A stretch of DNA of 64,000 nt. It comes from Blastocystis sp. Blastoise (lineage: Eukaryota > Protista > Bigyra: Opalinata). The notes under the pieces are model-generated. The model worked only from the letters and a program-made list of their open reading frames with translations. It did no database searches and was not told the origin of the DNA. Position numbers and translations under genes: made by a program. The DNA lies in assembly GCA_039096225.1 (NCBI GenBank), contig JBBPEB010000024.1, positions 682,001-746,000 of the forward strand, in the 5' to 3' direction. Numbering within the stretch: position 1 is the first letter of the stretch; each line of letters opens with the position of its first letter. Below, piece by piece: positions 37,308-56,951 of this stretch.

Positions 37308-40178
37308 CGTAGAATGAATTTGGTTGTATTATGAAAATAACCTTTAGGAATTAATTGGTTTATAAAAAACGAATTACCTTTATATAATAATAGTTTAATT
37401 ATATATATATATATAAATAATTACATTTTATTTTAACAATAGAAGCCTTAGGAATTAATTTCATCATAATATTTTCATATCCAGTTAAATATTCAGAAGA
37501 TAAGTCTTTAATACGTACTATATATATATTCATATGTTTTATAATATAATATACAGTTAATTGTTAATTTTTGAATAGTATGAAACGTATTGTCATTAAA
37601 AAGAGTTGAAATCCATGTTAAATATTCTATATTTATATCTCTAATAACTATAGATTTTAATACAAAACATAATAAATATATCTATATAAATAGAAAATAC
37701 ATGTAACAGTTAACTTATTCAAATGGTGTAATATATTACTCTTGAAGAATCTTTCTAAAGAATATTTTGTGTTAGTATCATATTCATCAGGAACTATATA
37801 TAAGCATTAATATTAGAATTATTATTAATTATATATTTATTAAATATAAATGAATACATTTAAAAGTAATATCTAAACAATTAATATTTCGTTTATAATT
37901 CTCAAAATAATCTAATTTTTTGATATTTACAATATTAGAAGTATCAACTATATAAAATATAATAATATATATATGTTATTATTAAAAAATGATTAAATAA
38001 ATATTATATACTACAAAGTGTATTAACTGATATAAGATCTTTCTTTAATAATTCTTTTAAATGTGGAAAATCATATATTAATTTATCTATATAGACAAGC
38101 AAAGATATATATTAATTTCGTATATATTCTTAAAGTCTAAAATGTATATAATATATATATATATATACCCACTACATCAATATGAATTGAATGATTATAA
38201 GTTAGAGTATCTAAAAGAAGAACTATCTTTTCTTTTTGAGTATCTTCAATTTCATATATGCGAATAGTATCAATCATAGATAGTAAATTATCAGGAAATA
38301 GAAACTCAAAATTGTTGATTTCTAAAATATAATATTATATATATATATATAAAATATTTATATATATATAGGAATACTTAATATATATAAATACCTATAT
38401 CAATAGTGTAGTTTATAAAATGTAATTTTGGAAAATATTCTTGTTTTATTAAAGATAATTGAAATAATTGTATATATCTACTATCATCATAGATAAGTTC
38501 AGTAACATTTGGAAATACATGAGTTGTCATTATTTTTATAAATTGATTATAATCAATTTCTTTAGTAAGATATATAACTATATTAAATAATAATATTGAT
38601 AATAAATAAAAATAAATAAATACTCCAATGGATACTTAATATAGTTAAAGAATTGAAAACACCTTCTTCTAATGCTTTCAGAATAATTATAGATTCATAG
38701 GTTAAACAACTATCTATATATATTATTTAGTTTATTATATATATTTATATACATGGATTTATACCAATTTTTGAAATAGAATAATATGAAAATAGACTTA
38801 ATAATTGAAATATACCTTGTTCAGATAATACTTTAGTTATACTATTGAATATATATATATTAGAATAAACTTAAAATATGAAATAATTGAAGTATATACA
38901 AAAATGTTTTATCATTTGTTTTATCTATATATAAAAATAATAACTTAAATGACTTATAGTATATATATATATACCATCATATTCAATACTAACTTCATCC
39001 TTAAATATACATTCACCTTCTGTTTCACTTATATCTGAATAATCATTTGTATATATACATTCATTAACTATATATTTATATAATTTAGGAAACTCAATCT
39101 TTCGTTTTTTTCCATTATAAGAATCAATCAATTTATGTGAATAATATAAATGATTCATATCTAGAGAAGAGACCTTATTATATTCATTCATATTGGATTC
39201 TGTGTAATACTCATATTGTTCAGGATTATTTATTTTATAGTAATATTTACCAAATAAGCGAGAATATTCCATTATATATTCATCACTATTTGGATTTAAG
39301 AATTGATCAGTTTTCTTATAATGTGTAACTACTATATAATATATTGATTAATATATAATATATATATACCAATTATCTTAATCTCTTTTAATAAAGGAAA
39401 AATATCTTTAATACACGATGGACATATATATTCTAATGGAATACTCGAAGAATATTGATCTATATTATTATTTATAGTATATAATATATATATACATTCA
39501 ATATTAATTTTAGTAACATTCATCATCTTAAAAAGAAGAGAATAATATAAGAATTCATCTTTTCTTTGGGGTGTCAATAATCCTATATATATATGATATC
39601 CTTTATAAATAATACTATATATATAATATTCTTTATAAATAATCCTATATATATAATATTCTTTATAAATAAATAATATAATTACCTTTTATATACATGA
39701 TTTTTGATTTAGAATTAAATAATTCTACAGGTATACTAATTTTATTTTCATTATTACATTTAGATATATAATAATTATTTTCTTTCATATATTTAATGAA
39801 TAATTCTTTAACATGAAATAATAAATCACCCTGTTTCTCATTATCAATTACAACTGAATATTCAAGAAGTGTTTTATATATATCATAACTATCTTTCAAA
39901 TCTAATATAGAAATATCGACGTTTTCTTTCAACAAGAATTGAATCACTTTTTTCATATTTAATGAAGGTATATCTATATAATAACTACCATCATCATATT
40001 TATCAGAGTGTTGAATGATATCATGAAAGGGTAATCGAAGATATTTCTCAATAAATCCTCTAGAAATCCATAATTGCGTCTCATCTTGAAATGTAAATAA
40101 ATCTAAAAATAAAATATATATTTTTATCCATATTTAAATACATTTCTCTTCGGTTAATTGAAGTTCAGTTGTTGACAT
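36410..40178 (-). CDS. BTB-like + LRR-like protein paralog A3
   Basis: ATG 40178 (MSTTELQLTEEK|LFTFQDETQLWISRGFIEKY); full exon series ending ...NYKLENILE stop; one acceptor near 37260 is unclear. Confidence 0.75.
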
Positions 40179-41527
40179 TACTCAATTCCAACTACAATGA
40201 TAGAAAGAATATAAATAATTATAATAAAAAAACAGAGTTATTTATACTATGTGATTTTTATTGATAAATTAATTTATTTTATATAGTTCATAGTGAATCA
40301 TTGAGATATGTATAATACAAAACTTGCAACTCAATTCTTTTATTGAATTATCGAAAAACCGTGAAAATATAAATTCTCTTACTAATATTTTGATAATTAT
40401 CAGGATGTTAAATTGTGTTTTTTTTTAAATATTTTTTTTCTTCTAATACATTTTATAAAGACTTGCAATAGTTGTTTTCCATTATATGCATTTTTTTATT
40501 TTCCCCCAACATATTTTTGCATCAAAGTTTCTAAGAATGTATATATTTCTTAGAATTCTCTAATAATCAATTGTTATTAAGATTTATTCTTTAATGTTTA
40601 TGACAATGATACGGAGATTTGAAAATAACTAATTTTTATTCCTTTGTTATGATGGAATCATTTTTAAATAAAATACAAAAAGAATGAGGAATATTTGAAT
40701 TAAAAAAATAGTCTATTTACGATATTATTAGTATGATTGAAGTTATAAACATATAACATTCATTCATATATAGTTTATAATGATATATATATATATATAT
40801 TTCTTATTAAAAACAGTTTTTAAAAGAAATTTCAATGAATTATTGTACTACAAATGTTTCATTGCAAATAAATGAATCAGAATTCGATAGTTAGTATGTG
40901 ATAACGTATATTAAAATAATCTTTTGATATTATTTCTAGTTAAAATTTCATATTCTCCTACAAGTTAATTATTAATACGTCTTTGTGATCATTTTACTTT
41001 TCTAAGCAAGATATAATGGCATAAAAAATAAATACAAAGAATATACAAGTTGAAGATCCGTATATATAAATTACAATTAGTAATTATTATTTTTGATTTT
41101 TGCGATGATTATATATTTTATTGTTTATAAAAACAATATAGTTTTTCTTATATCTATATAATTATAGTATTATGAGAAAGAAATACATATAAAACACTTT
41201 ATAAATAGAATTTTAGATATTGTTGATTATGTTAGAATCTTGTTAGAAGAAATGGTATTTCCCATAAATAAAAAAAGAATACGAATTTTAAGGAAACACC
41301 AGTTAAAAAGTATTTTATTGGTTTATAAAGAAAAAATCCAAAAACGATTGGTTTTCTTTGAATGGGAAGAAGAGGCTGGATAGGCTGCGCCTTCTTAATT
41401 CTGGAAAAATGATAGAGAATTGGTGATAATCTTAAAATAATCAAGAAATCTCGGTCTTTTATATGAAACAAAGATTACATTCAATAATATCATTTACTTT
41501 ATGTATATTGTTTTATAAATATAAAAA

Positions 41528-45699
<4,172 letters not shown>

Positions 45700-46437
45700 A
45701 TTTCTTAATATATAAATATATATTTTCTACTTCATAATATGTACATTATTTTCATTTATTGGATGGAATAAAAATATCATTATTTTCTTTTTATTTTATT
45801 TTTTTATATATATATTTATATATAATTTCTTTATATATATATAATATATATATTCATAGTAATTTCTTATTTTGTATATACAAGATTTCTTTGCATTTTT
45901 TTTTGTTCTTTTATATATATAGTTATTTTCTTCCTTTTTTTTTGTCTATTTCTTTGATAATTATTCATTGTGTATGTATTTAACAGTATTCATTTACTTT
46001 GCTGTTTTGTTATTTAAAAAAGAGTATGAAATTAATTAAACAAATACAAAATCTAAACATCTCTTTAATAATTATTGTGTGAATATGTTAATCAAATAAA
46101 TTTATTAAAAACGAAACATCTTTATTGTTATATGATAATAATTTAGAATAATAATAAAAGAAAAATATAAATTGAAACAAATAAAATACATACACTTAAA
46201 AATATTTTGTGTAAAATATATTTACATAGTGATGATGTACTTTTTTGTCCTATTTTGTTACGGTACATAAAAATGGAAAATAAAAAAATAAAAAATAGAA
46301 AACAAAAAAATATGTACACGACAACACTTTAACAATGATAATTAAAATCACTAAACTACTGAATAGCATAATGATCATACAAATAAATAATAAAAAATGA
46401 ATGTTTTTCTTTTGTATATATATATAATATTAGTTTT

Positions 46438-49400
46438 TTAATAATTTTCTTTATTTTGTTCATAATATTCTTCAATAGATAAAATCTTTAAGAAATCAGG
46501 TTCTTCCTATATATATAAATATATATAAATATAATGAAAAAAATAAAATATAAAATAAAAAAAAAAAAAAGAAAGAAATAATAATAATAATAAAAAGCAT
46601 TCCATAATCTTTTTATAACCTAAAGCAAACTCAATAGCACATTTAACATTAGTAATAAGAGGAACACTGAAATCAACAGCACAACGTCTCATCTTATAAC
46701 CATCTGTTATAGCATCAGAATTACCATTAGGAACAATAATAGCAACATGAATTTGATTATTCTTTAAAGCATCAATAGCTAAATGATCTTTATGTTGAGT
46801 ACTATTCTTATGAACTAATACAATTTGATTAGCAGGTAAATTCATTTGTTCTAAACGAGCATAAGTACCTTCTGTAGCATATATAACACAATTATGTTGA
46901 ATTAAGAATTCAATAGATTCTTTAAATTGATCAAATTCTTTAGGAGGAATAGAAACTAATATATTTCTACCTTCTTTAGAACCAAATTTAGGGAATGTAA
47001 ATTTAAAGTTAGTAGATAAAAGAGCTTTAATAAAAGCTTCAGAAGGATCATTACCATAACAAGCAACTTCACCAGTAGAAGCCATTTCAACACCAAGTGT
47101 AGGATCTGCACCTTGTAATCTAGTAAATGAAAACATAGGAGCTTTACAACAAACATAATTAAGATCTTTTAATACAATAGAACCACGACGATGAGGTAAA
47201 TGTACCATAACACGTGTAGCTAATTCAATAAAATTAAAATCAAATGTTTTAGACATAAAAGGGAATGTACGAGAAGCTCTTAAATTACATTCAATAATTT
47301 TAATAGCATTATTTTTAGCTAACATTTGAATATTAAAAGGACCAGAAATACGTAATTTAGCAGCAATCTTTGAAGCAATAATTTTAACTCTACGTTCAGT
47401 TTCACTATATAATCTTTGAGAAGGTAATAATAAAGTAGCATCACCAGAATGAACACCAGCATTTTCTACATGTTCAGAAATAGCATAATTTAATATTTCA
47501 CCTTCTTCAGCAACAGCATCAAATTCAATTTCTTTAGCACCTTCAAAATATTTAGATAAAACAACAGGATAATCTGAAGATATTTCAGCAGCACGACTAA
47601 GACATTTAATTAAAGAATTTTCATCATAAGCAACAGACATAGCAGCACCTGATAATACAAAAGAAGGACGTACTAAAACAGGATAAGGAGCAGAACGACC
47701 AAATTCAAGTGCTTTTTCATTAGAAGTAACACTAACCCAAGCAGGTTGATCAATCTTTAATTCATCTAACATATTACTAAATTGAGAACGATCTTCAGCT
47801 TTTTCAATCATATAAGGAGAAGTACCAAATATATTAACACCATATTTACATAAAGGTAAAGCAAGATTATTAGCAATTTGACCACCAACAGAAACAATAA
47901 CACCTTCAGATTGTTCTAATTCATAAATATCTAAAACACGTTCTAAAGAAAGTTCTTCAAAATATAAACGATCACATTCATCATAATCAGTAGAAACAGT
48001 TTCAGGATTAAAATTAATAATAATAGTATTCTTTTGAGCAGAACGTAAAGCACGAACACAACTAACAGCAGCATAATCAAATTCTACAGAACTACCAATA
48101 GAATAAGGACCACAACCTAATACTATAATACCATGATCATCAAATTCAACATCATTTTCATAACCAGAATAAGTAAGATATAAATAATTTGTATGAGCAG
48201 GGAATTCAGCAGCTAAAGTATCTACTTGTTTTACTACAGGTAAAACATTTAATGATTTTCTATATTCACGAACTAATAATTCTTCTTTAAGATGTTTAGG
48301 ATTGTCTATATTATCAAAATGAACATGAGTAGCAATTTGTTTATCAGCAAAACCTAATACTTTAAGTATTTTCATAGAATCACGATCAATCTCAGTTAAA
48401 TGTTTATTTTGAATAAGCATAGTAGCATTAGCAATATTATTTAATTTATTTAAAAACCATTTATCAATCTTTGTTAAATCATGTATTTCTTGAACAGTCA
48501 TTCCATTCATTAAACCATAAGCAATAGCATATATTCTACGATCATCAGGTTCAGTTAATAAATGATGAAGAAGTTCTTTAATATCATTTTTAGGTGCTTC
48601 AAAACCATTAACTAAAGGATTAACCATACGTAATGCTTTTTGAATAGCTTCTTCAAAATTACGACCAATAGCCATAACTTCACCAACTGATTTCATACAA
48701 GAACCTAAAGTAGGTGATACTTTATGGAATTTCTTAAGATCCCAACGAGGTACTTTAACTACACAATAATCAAGAGAAGGTTCAAAACAAGCAGAAGTTG
48801 TATGTGTAATACTATTTTGAATTTGAATTAAATTCTTACCTAAAGCTAATTTAGCAGCAACATAAGCAAGAGGATAACCAGTAGCTTTAGAAGCTAAAGC
48901 AGATGAACGAGAAAGACGAGCATTAACTTCAATAATACAATAATCTTCACTTTCAGGATTTAAAGCATATTGAACATTACATTCACCAATAATACCTAAA
49001 TGACGTACTACACGAATAGCAGTATCTCTTAATTTCATATATTCACTATTTGTTAATGTTTGTGAAGGGGCTACTACAATAGAATCACCAGTATGAATAC
49101 CTAAAGGATCAAAATTTTCCATATTACAAACAGTAATACAATTATCAAAACTATCTCTTACGACTTCATATTCTATTTCTTTCCAACCTCTTAAATCTTT
49201 ATCAATTAAAATTTGTTTGGAACCAGAAAAAGCTTTTTGAGCTAAATCTAATAAAGACTCATCATCTTTAGCAAATCCTGAACCTAATCCACCTAAAGCA
49301 AAAGCAGATCTTATCAATACAGGATAACCAATACGATGAGCTACTTCTAAAGCTTCATCTAAAGTTAAAGCAGGAGCAGATAAAGCTAATTTTTCATTAA

Positions 49401-51527
49401 TTTCTATTAATTTTTCTTTAAATAATTCACGATCTTCAGTATCAATAACAGTTTGAATAGGAGTACCTAATACTTGAATATTATATTTTTCTAATGTTTT
49501 AGATTGATATAATTCAATACCAACATTTAATGCAGTTTGACCACCCATAGATACTAAAATAGCATTAGGACGTTCTTTTTCTATTACTTTACATACAAAA
49601 TCAAAAGTAACAGGTAAGAAGTATACTTTAGAAGCTAATCCTTTTCCTGTTTGTACAGTAGCAATATTAGGATTCATAAGAATAACTTCCATATGTTCTT
49701 CTTTTAAAGCTTTAATAGCTTGAGAACCAGAATAATCAAATTCACCAGCTTGACCAATAGAAAGACCACCAGAACCAAGAATAAGAACTTTCTTAAATTG
49801 TGGTGGTTTAAAGAAATTTACATTAAAAGTATTAGCAGGAGTATGTATACCTTTAATCATATCTAAGAAACGATCAAATAAAAATCTAGTATCAATAGGA
49901 CCAGCACAAGCTTCAGGATGGAATTGACTTGAGAAGAATGGTTTTGATTTATGGAAAATACCTTCATTAGTACTATCATTAACATTAAAGAATAAAGGAG
50001 CCCATCCTTCAGGAAGAGAACTAGCAACAACTTGGAAACCATGATTTTGAGAAGTAATATAACAACGAGCACTAGATAAATCAACACAAGGAACATTACA
50101 AGCACGATTACCAAAAGGCATCTTTTCAGTACGAGCACCTGCAGCAAGAGCTAAAAGTTGATTACCTAAACAAATACCAAATATAGGTTTAGGTTGATCT
50201 CTAGAAATAGCATATTTTAAACTTTCAATAGTATCTTTACACATCATTGGATCACCAGGACCATTCGAAATAAATAAACCATCATAAGTATCTTCAGCTT
50301 GTTTAATATCATAATTAAAAGGAACAACAGTAAGTTGAACACCTCTTTCTAAGAAACAACGTATAATATTATATTTCATACCACAATCATAAGCAAGAAT
50401 ACGAGGATAACCACCTTTATTATATACTTTAATTTCTTTAGTAGATACTTGTTCAACAAGATTATTTAAATTAGGATCAAATATATCAACATGTTCATGT
50501 TCAAATTCTATCTTACCTAACATTACACCATGTTCACGAATCTTCTTAGTAAGCATACGAGTATCAATACCATATAATGCAGGAACATGAGAAGACTATA
50601 TAAATATATATATTTAAATATAAAAAATCTAACTAAGAATAAGAATGACTATAATATATATATATATTATTTTTAAAAATATTTATATAAATATTTAAAA
50701 AAATAAAATATAAAAAAATAAAGCATTCTATTCTACTCAAAGACTTTTAAATGTCAAGGAGAATTACTCAAAACGAGTGTTTCATTATGACAATAATTAA
50801 TCTTCCAAAACCGTAACAGATTCTCAAGGTTATAAAATACAATAAGAATCCTGACTTGGGTTTGGATATTTTTTTAAAATTTTAATATTGTTATTAATAT
50901 TAATTTTTAGAATTAATAATAAATATATATATATTTTATAAAATAAATATAAAATTATAATTATAACAGATATATATACTTTTAACCAATCAGAAAGAGA
51001 ACGTTTAGCATTCCAATGACTATATTCCCAAGAATAATCAGAAACAATAACACCTGAAACATGAATTTTATCAGATTCAAAGAATTTAGGAATACCATAT
51101 TCATCAACTTCATCAAAACTAGGTACACCATAATTACCAATCATAGGGAAAGTAAATGTTAAAATTTGTCCTTCATAGGATGGATCAGTAAGAGATTCAG
51201 GATAACCACACATAGCAGTATTGAAAACTACTTCACCACTTACAGAGGATTCATAACCAAAAGAAAAACTAAATATAAATAAAATATAAAAATGAAAACA
51301 AAACTATTAAAATCAATAAAATTAACTTTATTATAATAGAATATAGATATAAATATATATACCCTTCAAATACTGAACCATCTTCTAAGACAAGTTTAGC
51401 AATAGTATTATGTTTACCTAATTTTGTTTCTCCAAAAGGTTTATATACTATAGAAACACAGTAAGTAACTTGTCAATGAAGTTATAGGATGAGGGCCTTT
51501 ACTAAACATACATTTAGGGGCTTCCAT
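46438..51527 (-). CDS. Glutamine-dependent carbamoyl-phosphate synthetase, fused small+large subunit (CPSII-like, no DHOase/ATCase domains)
   Basis: [15 protein letters not shown]...GEVVFNT...[11 protein letters not shown]; SNGPGDP; GICLGNQ; FHPE; [20 protein letters not shown]; two ATP-grasp halves; MGS-like C-terminus (YATEGT...[14 protein letters not shown]). Four introns inferred. Confidence 0.97.
50749..50867 (-). ncRNA. Candidate intronic box H/ACA snoRNA
   Basis: GC-richer island in CPS intron 50596-50979: hairpin 1 (TCCAAA...GATTCTTA/TGAGAATC...TTTGGA), H box AGATTA, hairpin 2 (ACTC-GTTTT-GAGT), terminal ACATTT. Confidence 0.62.
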
Positions 51528-53331
51528 GTTCTATAAAAGTAATAGAGAAAAAAATATGTGAAAAACAACAAACAAATCATTTTTTGAATTAAGGCTCTCT
51601 CTTTATATATGGATGGTTGATCGTAAATAATTATATAAATTCTTTACTTTATAAATCATTTGATATGGGTAGTGGCCCTTAATATTACTTTTTTGATTTT
51701 TGAACCAATCATTTCTTGATTCTATAGGGAAAAGGGATGTTCACAATTGGTCAAACAAATGCTTTTTTTTTTGGTTTTTATAAAATAATCATGGAAAAAC
51801 CACATAATCTCAACCACATAATGAATTATGATTTTTTTTCCACTGTAAAAGGTAATTTATTCATGAATCTTCTTTTCCTTAGTCTTCTTTGTCCCCAAAA
51901 TAAAATAATCATATATCTTGTCGTCTATTTCTCGAGAAAAGTATATAATAATCATGATAGTCAATTACTACACACAGTTCCACAACTCATTATTTTTTGC
52001 TTGCGACTTTCTTTTTTCTTTTTTTACTAAATCCATCATATTTAACTATATACTTGGAAAACCTCAACAAAACGTAGTTATCTTGCTTTATCTAATGAAG
52101 TACTTGTAAAAAACTTATTTTATTTTTCAAAAGCAACATGAATTTCTTTAACTCCATTATTATTTATATATATGTATTTCTAGATGTACTAATACTTGAA
52201 AGAGAATAAAATATGAATATAGGATGATGAAATTCTAAAAAAACAAACATTTAGGAATAGATTGATTTCTAGAAAAGGTATTCTTAGTCTATACATGCTT
52301 TATTTGATTTCATTTTATGTGCATTGTTGAAAGAGAATTTATATTGATTTTGAATATGATTATGTGATGGTTCTCTAGATCATTTCTACTCCTCTTTATG
52401 ATATTTTTGTAATAGATGGTTATCGATAAGGAATTACAGTATTATATGAATTGATATATAAAATATGTGAGTATCTATTTATTATCAAATCGATTCGTAG
52501 TTTTTTAGGTGAAAATTTAATAGAAATTATTATTTGTGTTTATATGAATAATAGATTCATTTATTAGATATAATAAATTATTTTGTATTCACTCTATTTA
52601 TTATTATTTTTTTTATAAATTGAAAACACTTTTTCAATATATTATTAAAAAGTTTTTTAAATGATTATATATTTTAATCGTTTATATTATAATAGTTTAT
52701 ATCTTCGAATGAAAAAGTATATATTTTGTAATATTTTCATCAATGAATTATCCTTTTCAATAAAGAGAATTATTTTTTTTAATTCTATTACAATATTAGT
52801 TAGGAAGATATACTGTATTATTGATATGCATATATATATTAAAGAATATGTTGAAAATACCTAAAATCTATTATATATATATATATATCTTTTATAAATC
52901 ATTTGCATTAATCATTCAATTCAATTCATTATATAGAAGATCGATATTCAAATTAGTATTCTATAAAAAATATCAATGAATGAATTATATATCAAGAATA
53001 TATAAATAAAAGGATTATTTTCATGATCTCTACTACAGAAATTAACTCTAGACCATCCATAATTGATTTCATAACAAATACAGAGATTATTCACCCTTTT
53101 CACATACTAATTATCAAAAATAAATTAAATCCATGAAGAGTTTTACTTTTATATTAAATACCACTAGTAACTAGGATACTATTCATAGCTGATACTATAA
53201 AATAACAAATCTGAAGTGAATCATCTGTAAAAACTCTTTTTAGCCATAAACATGTGATTTTTCCTTACGATTTTTGCGTCAAAATGACTTTATAAACACA
53301 AAATAATTATTTATTATTTCTTTTGAAGACT

Positions 53332-56532
<3,201 letters not shown>

Positions 56533-56839
56533 TTATTTTATACATTTTCCCATTCTTTTATTATTCACTCGTATTTTTGTGATATTTTTATTTCCTTTTG
56601 GTACCAACTGTTTTACAATATATTTTAATCCGTCAATTTTGTATTTAAAAAAAGAATTATTTGTCATTCAGTTACTTTTGAGTTTGTATTGAATATTAAT
56701 ATGTAAAATATATGCATAAATATAGCAGGAATAATAAATCAAATTTTATTTTATTTTTATGAATGATACTAATTAATTTATAAGAAAAAATGGTAAAACA
56801 AAAGTTTTGAATCAAATAAGCTAAATAAAAAAAAAAAAT

Positions 56840-56860
56840 AGCTCCATACGCGATTCGAAC
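56840..56860 (-). tRNA. tRNA gene 3' half only (T-loop to discriminator; Thr-like, identity uncertain) followed by oligo-T terminator
   Basis: Minus strand G-TTCGAAT-CGCGT-ATGGAGC-T then A+T-run; the 5' T-stem strand (expected ACGCG) and everything upstream are absent. Confidence 0.75.
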
Positions 56861-56951
56861 CCTTTAAATATGTTATACAAAAAAATGGCGTATTTTTGTT
56901 TTAATTTTTCGTTAACTCTTCTCGTTAATTGATAACATAATTACATTTTTT

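Noticed and set aside
41300-41430. Three ATTGG (reverse CCAAT) motifs upstream of the CH gene
   Set aside because: Plausible promoter elements but too short to support without TSS data.
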